Shown here in pieces: positions 28,625-38,111 of a DNA stretch of 50,567 nucleotides. Below the pieces are notes generated by a model, which saw nothing but the letters and a program-made list of their open reading frames with translations, searched no databases and was not told the origin of the DNA. This stretch comes from a virus. Its lineage: Duplodnaviria; Caudoviricetes. A program made the position numbers and the translations under genes. The stretch lies in the IMG/VR virus record IMGVR_UViG_3300044977_000044, positions 1 through 50,567 of that record, one strand, 5' to 3'. The first letter of the stretch is position 1; each line of letters starts with the position of its first letter.

Positions 28625-28990
28625 TTAATGCAAAAATAACGTAAGAGCTATACCAGCAGCGCTAGCCCGTAGAATAATCTGAGTGTTCGGACTCGCGTTC
28701 GCCGTAGGCGATGTGTAAACATCACAAGCTGCGCTCTTGGTCTTTACATCGTAACCGACACAAGGCTTACCAAGATTATGAACCACAACGAAGTCCGTGT
28801 TGGCAACGCCCGGCGTAACCGGCGAAGCCCATACTCCAAGAATATTTACTGGACCAGAGGTCGGGTTGCCGAACTCGACGTTGCCATTGAAAGCTTTAGC
28901 TAACTGTTCATAAGTCTGCCGAACACGTTTGGCGAGCTTGTCAACGGGCTGGCCCAAACCGGCAAGGTTAATCGAGGATGGTATATTCAC
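28625..28990 (-). CDS. Small tail-associated protein
   Basis: GTG start overlapping the upstream TGA; VVVHNLGKP motif. Confidence 0.6.
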   Translation of the reverse strand: MNIPSSINLAGLGQPVDKLAKRVRQTYEQLAKAFNGNVEFGNPTSGPVNILGVWASPVTPGVANTDFVVVHNLGKPCVGYDVKTKSAACDVYTSPTANASPNTQIILRASAAGIALTLFLH

Positions 28991-30603
28991 GCAGAACCTC
29001 CTCGAACTTCGCCACTTACATCGTACATGAGGGCAAACTCGACGATACCGACTCGAACATTCGGCGGACCGGAAAGTTCCCAAGTAATATACTTTCCGTG
29101 TATCGAAGTCTCAACGACGTGAGTTATCATGTTGCCGGAACCAGTACCTAACGTGAACGTCTGCACCTTCGGTGAGACGCCTTTCTCATTCGTGAACCGA
29201 AGGTTAAATGTCATGTTTGGTGAATAGTCTTCGAGCAACAAGCGAAACTTCTTCACGGAGTGACTATGCCGCGAATCGTCGAACGTAAGTTGCCCAGAAC
29301 GAATGTACCAACCATCTGTCGGGTAAATAGAACTCAACGTAGGTGCGGCGCTTTGCGCATTGAAGTTGAAATATGAAACAGAGTTGGCAATGCCATCGGA
29401 GACGGCCATTGTATCAAGCTGATTAGCATTGCTAAGCTGCGACGGAGTCCAACTCTGTTGTGCAATCGTTCCGATAAGGTCTTCGATACGCGGAATCTGT
29501 GCGAGCGGAAACGTTCCGCAGGGGCCAACAAGTTGGCCGGGAGCAAAGAACACTTGTGTCCAATTGCCTTCGTCAAAGTGATACACCCAAGCCTTGTTCA
29601 AGCTTGGTATAAACAACCAATACGACTCGAACTCAAAGCCGTTGGCTGAAGTCAAGATCATGCCAAAAATGTTCGTTTGTAGCGCTGTGAACAAGTCTTG
29701 AAAGATACGAATGCGAGCGCCTAACCTACGGTTACCGTCTATCGGCTTTGAGCCGATACCTTGAGACTCCGTCCCGTCAAAGACGTAAATGTCATCCTTG
29801 CCGACGTAACAAGCTACCAGCTCACCGAACGATGCTAATGAATACGGCAAAATGTTGCCCTTGGCGTAAGCCCCCATCGGGATGAACTGAAACGGCGACG
29901 TTCCTATTCCGGTAGGAACGATCTGCGTAATACCCCATTGCTGAAAAGCAAAGCCACTCTGAAAGAGTCGGCACAGTCCAGTTATAGGACCAAGGTTGTT
30001 GAACAAGTCCGTCTGGCCAGAATTATATGAAGTCCAATCAGTTCCGTCACCGGAACCAGTCCAATGAATTCGATTCGGGGCTGCGCCGGGTTCGAGCGTG
30101 TTACCAACGAGCAGATGAAACGCCAATTCGATTAGGTACTTTCCTGGAACGGCGGTTGCTGCTGCTGCTGTGAAATTCAACGAAAGCCCATCCCAAACCT
30201 GGACTACGTCTTTCTGCTGGCTAAAATACAGTTTGTACCCAACAACAGTCCACTGAAAGTACTGCGTAGCATTCCCGGTAAGCGCCCCCGTTATCTGAAC
30301 CCAATTACCAGCTTGCCAAGAATACATCTTTGTCGGTGTCCACACAACTGGCAAACGAACGCCATTGACATTAAAGAAGTCAGCAATGCCCATGATCGGC
30401 TCGCCTGACGGCGACGCTAACGCAGTGAAACCGGGAACAGTACGACAGTGAGACTTGCGGAAGATTAGGTTCTGTACTTCAGCAAAGCCTTTGTTCCCGA
30501 TCTGTCCCAAAGCAACTTCGCTCTGAATACCGCCGAAAGGTCCCTGATAAGAATACTCAGGCATCTCATCTTGACGCAACGTGTTTGGGGCAGCACCGGA
30601 CAT
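28987..30603 (-). CDS. Putative tail nozzle / DNA stabilisation protein (P22 gp10 or tubular B-like)
   Basis: 538-aa beta-rich protein; PNRIHWTGSGDGTDW; size and synteny. Confidence 0.65.
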   Translation of the reverse strand: MSGAAPNTLRQDEMPEYSYQGPFGGIQSEVALGQIGNKGFAEVQNLIFRKSHCRTVPGFTALASPSGEPIMGIADFFNVNGVRLPVVWTPTKMYSWQAGNWVQITGALTGNATQYFQWTVVGYKLYFSQQKDVVQVWDGLSLNFTAAAATAVPGKYLIELAFHLLVGNTLEPGAAPNRIHWTGSGDGTDWTSYNSGQTDLFNNLGPITGLCRLFQSGFAFQQWGITQIVPTGIGTSPFQFIPMGAYAKGNILPYSLASFGELVACYVGKDDIYVFDGTESQGIGSKPIDGNRRLGARIRIFQDLFTALQTNIFGMILTSANGFEFESYWLFIPSLNKAWVYHFDEGNWTQVFFAPGQLVGPCGTFPLAQIPRIEDLIGTIAQQSWTPSQLSNANQLDTMAVSDGIANSVSYFNFNAQSAAPTLSSIYPTDGWYIRSGQLTFDDSRHSHSVKKFRLLLEDYSPNMTFNLRFTNEKGVSPKVQTFTLGTGSGNMITHVVETSIHGKYITWELSGPPNVRVGIVEFALMYDVSGEVRGGSA

Positions 30604-31308
30604 TTAATAGATTTCAACCGTAAAGTAATCGAATTGCTGGCTATCTGATACAAGACCGTTGCGCCACTTCGCCACGACCGCAACACCTACGGTTGTGTCG
30701 ATGGCACTTGAAGTTCCGATAGCTTCGCTTGAAACAAAGTTCGGGGTCATCAACAAGATGTTGTCCCAATTCTGAGCGTTTGTGACTCCGTTATTCCCAC
30801 CTTCAATGACCAGCTTACCAAGAGAGGCTCCAGCTGGTATGTTAAGCCCTGCAATGTTTGAGGCACCGAAGTTTATAAAAACTGAGTTGGTACTACCGCC
30901 AAGGGAGTTTATAATAATCGGTAATGTAATCCTCAAACGCCCCGTCGGCCCCATTACATTGGCCGGCAAATTGATCGTAAACAACGTATCTTGTGTCACC
31001 GTTCCGGTATGTACGACCGGAACAACAATCTTCAGTGAACTCTTCAGAGTAAAACCTGAAGTAACATCCGTCCACAACGGGTTGTTGAACTGGTAAATCT
31101 TCCCGGTATCCGTAGCAAAAAACAAAATGCCGTTCCAATTAGCTGGCTGAGCATCGCCGGCAAAGTTCGGCTTCGCCGCATCTAGTCCGCTGATGGCCGC
31201 CATACGCTGTTGCGTGTCAATGCGGAAGTTACGCAAATCCTGACCCAACAAGTTGGCGAGCTGTGTATCCGGCGGAAATGTTACATCCCATAGGTTAGTA
31301 AACGGCAT
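30604..31308 (-). CDS. Putative short tail fibre / tail protein
   Basis: GILFFATDTGKIYQF..W fibre-type motif. Confidence 0.55.
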   Translation of the reverse strand: MPFTNLWDVTFPPDTQLANLLGQDLRNFRIDTQQRMAAISGLDAAKPNFAGDAQPANWNGILFFATDTGKIYQFNNPLWTDVTSGFTLKSSLKIVVPVVHTGTVTQDTLFTINLPANVMGPTGRLRITLPIIINSLGGSTNSVFINFGASNIAGLNIPAGASLGKLVIEGGNNGVTNAQNWDNILLMTPNFVSSEAIGTSSAIDTTVGVAVVAKWRNGLVSDSQQFDYFTVEIY

Positions 31309-31310
31309 AA

Positions 31311-32627
31311 CTAAACCTCCACTGAAAGCTCCACACCAGCTTCGCTAAGAGCTTCTAAGTCTTCCTTGAAGCGTTCAGCAAGATCAGTTCGGTACTGCTT
31401 ATTCTTTAACCGAAGCTGCTTAGCAGCTTCAAGAGGCTTTGCCAAAGCGCGAGCTGGATTAGTAGAACGGCCAGTAAACAGAGCAACAATGCCCCAAGCA
31501 CCGGCAGTGCACAAACCATTATCGTTCGATTTGACATTGTACAAATACGTATGTTTCGCCAACGTTTCATCGTCGATACCACGTAGTGGTACGTTCTCTT
31601 CTGCGTTGTGACGCTCGGTGGGCCAAGGCGGAATCGTTACACGTACCGCGCCAGCGAAGCTATCGCTTCGTAGATCAAGCTCACGTAACTGTCCACGTGC
31701 CGCATCAGCAAAGAATTTGCCAAGGCCGTCAGGCACCAGCTCCCACAACAGCGTTGGCGACGCATCGTAACCGAAACGGGGCGTAAACTCAAGGCCGTAG
31801 ATGCGACCGTCTCGCTCCGCGACGATTACATTCAGGTCAAGCATACCGTGATAACGCTCGCTTCGTGCCCATGGAATAAGTTGCTTTGCAGCTTCGCAGA
31901 CTCGACATCCTTGACAGAACCACGTTATGTTGCCAAGACATCCTCCGGAAGGACCGATGTCTTCGTTCATCAACTCTTTACGTTCAAGTGTATGGTTCGT
32001 GAGCGGTGGCACGAAGTCACCGTGTTGGAACCAAAGCTCTGTACTGAAAGCAACGCCTTTCTCGAAAGCTTGCAGCTCAAACTGAGGCTCGGCAATGTCC
32101 ACCTCGCTTGAAATGTTTTCGAGCATTTCGAGTAAATCTTCGGTGTCGAACGAAACGTGGGATGGTGACAAATCGCCTAACTGCTTAGATGGCTTATAGA
32201 CCCACCTAACGTCTGGATTGTTCCGGACAAATTCTGTAGCGACTTCAAAGGAGCTAAAACTCTCAGTGTGAGGGATATCAATGCCCGCATCTTCCATTAC
32301 CCCCGCTCCGTAGGAGCGGTCCCTTTCTAGCCTGTCGGCTAGTATGCTACCGCCTAAAACGGCAAAGCCCTGCGTAGCAACGAAGTCGGCCATAACTCCG
32401 TTACCACTTACATCAAATATGAATATATCGTTAGATGGATCGGCGTCAGTAAGCAGGTCCTCAAAGTCTCCGACTTTTTCAACGATATTATCGCCAACGC
32501 TCTTAGCATCACTACTGCGTATCCAAAGACGCATGGCGTAGCCTTCATTAGAAAGCCGCTTGGCAAAGCCAGCACCGTCTCCGGTCTCGGAAGCGATATT
32601 AAAGCGAAGCTGGTTCAATCTTCCCAA
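31311..32627 (-). CDS. ATP-grasp ligase related to phosphoribosylamine-glycine ligase (PurD-like)
   Basis: LERDRSYG..VMEDAGI, WVYKPS, ERKELMNEDIGPSGGCLG, YHGMLDLN, LEFTPRFGYD, QYRTDL. Confidence 0.85.
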   Translation of the reverse strand: MGRLNQLRFNIASETGDGAGFAKRLSNEGYAMRLWIRSSDAKSVGDNIVEKVGDFEDLLTDADPSNDIFIFDVSGNGVMADFVATQGFAVLGGSILADRLERDRSYGAGVMEDAGIDIPHTESFSSFEVATEFVRNNPDVRWVYKPSKQLGDLSPSHVSFDTEDLLEMLENISSEVDIAEPQFELQAFEKGVAFSTELWFQHGDFVPPLTNHTLERKELMNEDIGPSGGCLGNITWFCQGCRVCEAAKQLIPWARSERYHGMLDLNVIVAERDGRIYGLEFTPRFGYDASPTLLWELVPDGLGKFFADAARGQLRELDLRSDSFAGAVRVTIPPWPTERHNAEENVPLRGIDDETLAKHTYLYNVKSNDNGLCTAGAWGIVALFTGRSTNPARALAKPLEAAKQLRLKNKQYRTDLAERFKEDLEALSEAGVELSVEV

Positions 32628-32758
32628 AGATCATCCTCGCTAAAACCGGCGAAGCCTATATAACCGTCAGTGTACGGATCAGGCTCAAACTCGTCTTGGT
32701 CGGCCTCGATCAATTCACTGTCCTCGAAGGACAGCTCCGCTTCTATCGGTGTTCTCAC
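32615..32758 (-). CDS. Hyper-acidic 47-aa peptide (MRTPIEAELSFEDSELIEADQDEFEPDPYTDGYIGFAGFSEDDLWED)
   Basis: GTG start overlaps the stop of the peptidase gene (GTGA); its stop overlaps the ATP-grasp start; not in the ORF track. Confidence 0.65.
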   Translation of the reverse strand: MRTPIEAELSFEDSELIEADQDEFEPDPYTDGYIGFAGFSEDDLWED

Positions 32759-33099
32759 GGGTACGTAGTACCTTTCCTAACCTGAAAGTGAAAATGTTCA
32801 TTGTCCGTTCCCGGCGCTTCGAGAAAGCCATAGAAGTGTTCGGTGCCAAGAAGGTTCTTCATCGTATCAAGCAAGTTGTTTTTCTGCTCCGGTGTAAAGT
32901 CATGGCTACGAATGTCGTATGCTTCGCCACGATGGTGCGGGTCGTTCGGCCCAGAATGGGCACCGTCACATGCCGATGTGATGACAAGATCAACGCCCAT
33001 ACGCGCACAGGTCTGGTCAATAGCCGAAAGGATACGAAAACCGCCCGGCGCTATCTTAGCAAAGCTGACGCCGTCTTTAACCTGTACAACGCTGTTCAT
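32755..33099 (-). CDS. Peptidase M15-like Zn peptidase, candidate endolysin
   Basis: VITS...HHRGEAYDIR...EHFHFQ (H-x6-D ... HxH zinc ligands). Confidence 0.8.
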   Translation of the reverse strand: MNSVVQVKDGVSFAKIAPGGFRILSAIDQTCARMGVDLVITSACDGAHSGPNDPHHRGEAYDIRSHDFTPEQKNNLLDTMKNLLGTEHFYGFLEAPGTDNEHFHFQVRKGTTYP

Positions 33100-33104
33100 G
33101 TTAT

Positions 33105-33920
33105 TTATCCTTGGCTGTATTCAACCCCTGTACCTTCTTCATGATCGTTCCAGGTCGGCAGCAACGCGTATTTTGCGGTCTTCGGAAGCACCGCGAGCGT
33201 GTCAAGCAGTGTCTGGCCAAGACGGCGGGACATAAAGCGATTCTTGCCCCATGAGGCCATTGAATCATCAAAGCCGGTGTAGAACGGATAAAGAGCAATC
33301 TTGCTCGGATTTGCGTTAGCCGTAGTAATGAACGCTTGAATATCTGGTAAGTTGATGTTACTTACCGGCGTCGTCGGGTTAATCCAGCCAAAGGCTCCGT
33401 CAGATTCGGCGTGTGTAAAGCCGCTGCTTTCCTCAAAGAGCAACGCCAGTTTCGCGGCAGTGCCGGCGCGTACCTGGGTCCAGTTCACCCCAGCCGGTTC
33501 ACCAAAGAAATTCACCACATAGCGCCCAGCATCTTGTAGATAAGCCGAGCTGGAGAAGAACGCCTCGGAACAAAACTTCAGGATACGAATGTATTCCGCA
33601 ACAGCGGCCGCGCCTGTCAAGGCGCCGAGCGCGCCTTGGTCAATACAAAGAGAAAACGCCAAGCCGTTGCGTTCACAAGAATCAAGCATCCGTAAACACG
33701 CCAGTGCGGATGCCGAATCCGGTCCATAATAATCAACGTTAATGCCTGCAATGCCCATGGCCACCATGGCGACAGCCTGAGCATCGCAGGCAGACTGGTC
33801 AGCGGAGTTGTAACCAATCTTGGTATGACCGGGCGTTCCGAACCACGGCATCCAATGCGCAAGCACTTTCGCCGAAGTATAATCAGTGAACTTAATCGGT
33901 CTACCAAGTATTGGTAACAT
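33105..33920 (-). CDS. Glycoside hydrolase GH99/GH71-like
   Basis: KVLAHWMPWF, GINVDYYG, GFDD..W, TWNDHEEGTGVE; start set at MLPILG after GGAGGAGG. Confidence 0.75.
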   Translation of the reverse strand: MLPILGRPIKFTDYTSAKVLAHWMPWFGTPGHTKIGYNSADQSACDAQAVAMVAMGIAGINVDYYGPDSASALACLRMLDSCERNGLAFSLCIDQGALGALTGAAAVAEYIRILKFCSEAFFSSSAYLQDAGRYVVNFFGEPAGVNWTQVRAGTAAKLALLFEESSGFTHAESDGAFGWINPTTPVSNINLPDIQAFITTANANPSKIALYPFYTGFDDSMASWGKNRFMSRRLGQTLLDTLAVLPKTAKYALLPTWNDHEEGTGVEYSQG

Positions 33921-33976
33921 ACTGCCTCCTCCGTCATAACTCAACAAAACTGGCATATTACCTTTGCACCGAAGCG

Positions 33977-34279
33977 TCAGCGGGCCGGCCACTCCGGTAT
34001 CGTAACCTTCGGTATCTTTGCTTGAACCTGAGCGGCCAAGATACAAACCACTCTCTTAATATCTGAAAGCTCCTCAGCGTGCCGACGCAAAGCGTCGTCC
34101 CGTTCATCGTTTTTAGACTCGGCTTTAAGCCCGCGCTCGGCTTCGCTCTTTTCAACTCGAAGCACAGTGCGACGATAACGCCACCAAAGAACAGTACCGA
34201 GGCCAAGAACCCCATACTGCAAAGCAACGAATGTAGCATGTAGCCATTCGGTACGAAACTGCCCCCAAAAGTCATTCAC
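33977..34279 (-). CDS. Membrane-anchored coiled-coil protein (holin/spanin-like)
   Basis: N-terminal TM helix followed by a coiled coil; GGAGG RBS. Confidence 0.5.
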   Translation of the reverse strand: MNDFWGQFRTEWLHATFVALQYGVLGLGTVLWWRYRRTVLRVEKSEAERGLKAESKNDERDDALRRHAEELSDIKRVVCILAAQVQAKIPKVTIPEWPAR

Positions 34280-34303
34280 GTCGCCTCCGGCCTAAAGCCT
34301 TAG

Positions 34304-34972
34304 TTAGTTGTAATTAAACTCTAACAGGCAGTCAAAGCCACGGAAGTCGAACGTGCCAGTAGCGGCGGTTTGAACAGCAAGCTCGATCCATAACGCCTGA
34401 TCGGCAAGATTCGAGTAAGCTGGTGCCGGAATGGCTACATTGATAGCGGTTGTAGTCGCATCCTGTGTCAGGTCAAGGCCGTTAACGGCCGAAGGCAAAA
34501 TGTTAACTGGAGCGGGCGCCGCGCCTTCGTCGATGTATTGCACTATGTCAGCACGACACGTTAGTGCCGTCAGGTTCACTACACCTACGGTGTAAATTAC
34601 GTCAAAGCTGTTCAGCTTGAAGCCTTTGACTTTGAGCGCACTGCGCGGTTGAATCTCTTGTCCAGTAATCATCGAGCCAAGAGTATCTGGACGGCCTTGG
34701 TACTCAGCTGAGGCGGCAATGCCACCGCCACCGTACTGTTCTTGTAGATCTTCAAAGAAGCCAAGCCGACGCAGGATCGACTGCGTTATGTTAACGGCGA
34801 TAATGCCGGTCGTCGCCACCGGCGAGTGAATCGACCAATCACCTGCCGCTACGCGTGTAAGAACGAATGGACCACCTGCGGTAGTGGCAAAGACAACATC
34901 ACCGGCGCCTGCAAAAACGCGAGCGTCGTTGAATCCCAAGTCTTGTTGGTAACGTGATTTCGTGTGCGGCAT
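34304..34972 (-). CDS. Putative virion structural protein
   Basis: Beta-rich 222-aa ORF in the head module, GGAG RBS. Confidence 0.55.
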   Translation of the reverse strand: MPHTKSRYQQDLGFNDARVFAGAGDVVFATTAGGPFVLTRVAAGDWSIHSPVATTGIIAVNITQSILRRLGFFEDLQEQYGGGGIAASAEYQGRPDTLGSMITGQEIQPRSALKVKGFKLNSFDVIYTVGVVNLTALTCRADIVQYIDEGAAPAPVNILPSAVNGLDLTQDATTTAINVAIPAPAYSNLADQALWIELAVQTAATGTFDFRGFDCLLEFNYN

Positions 34973-35008
34973 TATGACTCCCTTCGAGTCGCGGCTAGCG
35001 CCGACTAG

Positions 35009-35269
35009 TTAGCTTTCGTCTGGTTGAATGGTGGCGTCGTCTGTTGTTTCCTTTAGCAATTGCATTACGTCCATTTCATGGTCATTCTGTTCCAATACTT
35101 CGCGGATCAACTCATCACGCTCGTAGGTCAGTAGATTGTCTACGCACTTCTCGGTGCATAGAATCAAACCATTCTGGCGCGTGAGCTGCGGTGCAGGATA
35201 CTCCATCCCGCACCGATCGCAACGGTGCCAAGGACCTTTCCGAAATCCGCTATGTGATTGGTTAGGCAT
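35009..35269 (-). CDS. Zn-binding head-module protein
   Basis: CDRCG...LILC..KCVD. Confidence 0.6.
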   Translation of the reverse strand: MPNQSHSGFRKGPWHRCDRCGMEYPAPQLTRQNGLILCTEKCVDNLLTYERDELIREVLEQNDHEMDVMQLLKETTDDATIQPDES

Positions 35270-35868
35270 TACGGTACCGTAACAGCCGTCCAGGTGTTCG
35301 CCGTACCACAGACATAAAGACTAGTCGAGGCAGTCGTCGCGCCTAGGTTTATGTCCAATGAACCGATCGGACAGTTACTTGTCGGCACGGCCATACTGAC
35401 CTGTATCGGCAGTGTTGGCCCTGCCGATCCTTGAGCTGTACCGTAGTAATTAAACTGCACCGCGTCGTTGCCGGTGGTCGTCAACGCCGTTACATTAAAC
35501 TTAACGTAGTTGGCGGCTGTGCCATAGTACGTGTACGTTCCTGACGAAGTACAGGTCTGTGCAATAGCACCTGTCATCGCAACGAACGTAGCGCCTGCGG
35601 CACTCGATTCCAACTGAACAGTACAAGAGCTGACAGAGCCAGTCCCTGTCACCGTCCAACTAATCGTATGTGCGATGATATTCGCGCCTTCAAACATTGC
35701 GCCCTGACCACCACACACGCCGGCAGCACCGCCGGTGGCCACGCCAGTTGCCGCTGTACAAGCGACGGTGGAGGCCACCGGTCCATAAGACTGGGAAAAC
35801 TGAGTCTGCGCAAGTACAGGCAAGGCACTTGCGAAGGCAAGAAACAGCAACAAGCCAAACCTTTTCAT
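35269..35868 (-). CDS. Signal-peptide-bearing Cys-rich protein directly after the capsid gene (head fibre/decoration candidate)
   Basis: MKRFGLLLFLAFASALPVLA|Q after AAGGAG; shares a domain with 44543-47065; C-terminal LYVCGTANTW. Confidence 0.7.
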   Translation of the reverse strand: MKRFGLLLFLAFASALPVLAQTQFSQSYGPVASTVACTAATGVATGGAAGVCGGQGAMFEGANIIAHTISWTVTGTGSVSSCTVQLESSAAGATFVAMTGAIAQTCTSSGTYTYYGTAANYVKFNVTALTTTGNDAVQFNYYGTAQGSAGPTLPIQVSMAVPTSNCPIGSLDINLGATTASTSLYVCGTANTWTAVTVP

Positions 35869-35930
35869 CGAAGATTCTCCTTGAAACGAACGTTTACTTT
35901 GTATACGAACGTACCGCACGTTGTGTACGG

Positions 35931-36884
35931 TTACGGACCGTTACTGCCCCATGTTCCCATCCAGCTTAGTGCGCCGACAGAGAAGCGCATGTACGAAATC
36001 TGCTTGATGCTCCGAGTATCGAAGTCATCAGAGAAGTCTTCGTCAAGCTCTTTGCGGTTGAGGAACTTGAGCCAGTGTGAGTCTTGGTCACAGACCGCGA
36101 ACCACTGCGATTGGCTCGTTAGGTAGTGGCAAATGAAATAGTTCAGGTCTTCGCCAAGAACAGCGTTGATTTCATTGTCACTGGTGTACGGCTTGTGCGG
36201 GCTGCCAAGAATCTCGCGCGCGATCCATTTCAGCTCAGGCGGGATAATCAAGTGCCGAGGCTTGAGAGTCATCGGTAGACCCTGCGAGTCTACGAGACGT
36301 TCAAACTGGTTCACCATGAGCTGAATGCCCGTAAACGAAATGTCAATGTCTGTCAGCGGACGGTTTGGATACGTCCCACTTGAGGCAATGATATTCGTTA
36401 GGCCAGGGCCGATGTTCGTGGCGCCAGTGCCGCCGAGCAACGGATGTGCGGAGTTGAAGAGGCTTACGCCGTCGCTTGTAACGAACGTCGAGAAGCCAGT
36501 GTTGAAAATATTCCACGCAACTTGTTCTTTGGTGAAATGCGCAGAACGCGCCAGTGCCTTCGGCACCTGCATGATGAGATTGTACTGGTCGTCATCATAT
36601 AGCTCCCACGAAGAGCGTACGCCAAGACCATACGACAAGTGCTCAAAACGGAACGTCCCGCCTTGAATCGCGTCTTGGTACGTAATCGACTCTCCTTCAG
36701 GCTTTTCTGGCATCGGGCCGAGACCGCTGAACTCGACTTCGTCAACGAAGGCGTGAGTATCGCTCTCGACGTGGAAGATATGGCTGAACTCTTCTTCGCG
36801 CTGTTTCATGTCAATCCAATGCACGAAGATATCGTGTAAACCTTCAGCCATAAGCTGACTGAACTCACCACGTACCATTGTCAT
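35931..36884 (-). CDS. Major capsid protein
   Basis: 317 aa; LGPMPEKPEG, YDDDQY, DGVSLFNSAHP, LIIPPEL, W.G.WGS.G end; follows scaffold and decoration genes. Confidence 0.88.
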   Translation of the reverse strand: MTMVRGEFSQLMAEGLHDIFVHWIDMKQREEEFSHIFHVESDTHAFVDEVEFSGLGPMPEKPEGESITYQDAIQGGTFRFEHLSYGLGVRSSWELYDDDQYNLIMQVPKALARSAHFTKEQVAWNIFNTGFSTFVTSDGVSLFNSAHPLLGGTGATNIGPGLTNIIASSGTYPNRPLTDIDISFTGIQLMVNQFERLVDSQGLPMTLKPRHLIIPPELKWIAREILGSPHKPYTSDNEINAVLGEDLNYFICHYLTSQSQWFAVCDQDSHWLKFLNRKELDEDFSDDFDTRSIKQISYMRFSVGALSWMGTWGSNGP

Positions 36885-36925
36885 GGTCTTGTTCCTTTTA
36901 TCACTAAAATGCAGTTAGCCGAAGG

Positions 36926-37510
36926 CTAAGCTGGTGAAATTTGCTGCGCAGCCAAATTGACTTGAAATGCTACCGCTCTCGGATCGAATGCGACGACGGC
37001 TCCCTGAGCGCCGATAGGGCTACCGCCGCCAAGATTGACGATAGTCACAACAGCAGCGGCACCGACCTTTGTTAGGTCAACGTACCAGTGACCGTCAGTA
37101 TCTTTCGTCAAACCGTATTGTTTGCCGATATTTGCCGCAGTCGGCACCTGCAACGGTCCAACTTGCCCAGCAAACACCGTATCTGATCCTGCAACTTCAA
37201 AGCCGACACGGCCGTCATTGTACGGCACGCCACGGAATATAGTCTGCCCCAAAGGTTGGTTAGGCGGAGGAGGCCCCGTAAGGAACTTCCGAACGCCAGT
37301 CGTCGTAAGGCCCGAAGCAGGCTCTTTAGCAAAACCCGCAATACCGGCAGCTACTGTCACACCATCCCACGCCTGCACCCCACCATCAACAGGGTTGAGC
37401 ATGACTGGTGTTCCATCCAGAAACGTTTGTGCCGCTTCTTCTGGAAGCCGACGGATCGCAGGTTGATTGCCGCTAATGGTTCGTCTTGAAGCAATTAACG
37501 CGCTTGCCAT
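36926..37510 (-). CDS. Putative capsid decoration/cement protein
   Basis: G/A/V-rich 194-aa ORF immediately upstream of the capsid gene. Confidence 0.6.
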   Translation of the reverse strand: MASALIASRRTISGNQPAIRRLPEEAAQTFLDGTPVMLNPVDGGVQAWDGVTVAAGIAGFAKEPASGLTTTGVRKFLTGPPPPNQPLGQTIFRGVPYNDGRVGFEVAGSDTVFAGQVGPLQVPTAANIGKQYGLTKDTDGHWYVDLTKVGAAAVVTIVNLGGGSPIGAQGAVVAFDPRAVAFQVNLAAQQISPA

Positions 37511-37526
37511 CTTCTATTCTCCCTTC

Positions 37527-38084
37527 CTATGTCTTGGTGTCTTTGTCAGAACCGACAAGTGCGCCAAGTTCATCCGCGTTCGGAACGAACGTAGAAATTT
37601 TGTTAAGCTGTGATCGTGGAGCACCACTCGATCGTAGATCGGCGTCAGCTCCGCGTTGCGCTTCACGGTTCAAAGAACGCCCGCGACGGCGCTGTGCCCG
37701 CTCCCAGTTCCACTTCTTGGCCCCGTCGATCAAGGACTTCTTGATCTTCATAAGGATTACATCGCCAACGATAATCTTGCCATCGGTGGTAACGTAAGTC
37801 TTTGCCAAGTTCTTCACGTCCGCTGGCGAAGCTACTACATAGCCTGCGGCTTTCATCTGCTCAAAACGCAAGCCGGATTCTTTGTCTCCGACTTTGAAGT
37901 TGACAAGGCGGAACTCCATTGACGGATCGACCGGCACAAAGTGCTCAAACTCCGGCATTTGCAACGGCCGTGCAACGACGTTGTCATCAATCTCCGGCGG
38001 CACGCTTCGCGTTCGTTTTTCTGCAAGCACCTGTTGCGGAACTTGCGCTCCGCTTCCAGGTATGGTCTGGTTGGTAACTGGCAT
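37527..38084 (-). CDS. Hypothetical head-module protein
   Basis: GYVV...VGDVILMKI pattern; synteny. Confidence 0.6.
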   Translation of the reverse strand: MPVTNQTIPGSGAQVPQQVLAEKRTRSVPPEIDDNVVARPLQMPEFEHFVPVDPSMEFRLVNFKVGDKESGLRFEQMKAAGYVVASPADVKNLAKTYVTTDGKIIVGDVILMKIKKSLIDGAKKWNWERAQRRRGRSLNREAQRGADADLRSSGAPRSQLNKISTFVPNADELGALVGSDKDTKT

Positions 38085-38111
38085 CTCTATTCACCTTCGT
38101 TTACGGCGACA

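Noticed and set aside
31311-32627. Calling the gene purD (purine auxiliary metabolic gene)
   Set aside because: The PurD N-terminal substrate loop is missing, the FGDP motif is altered, and the context is structural, so no gene symbol was assigned
23336-33957. Two ORFs starting MPVLL with a shared TGCCAGTTTTGTT
   Set aside because: Only 13 bp with no further similarity, and the glycosidase more likely starts downstream at 33920; probably chance
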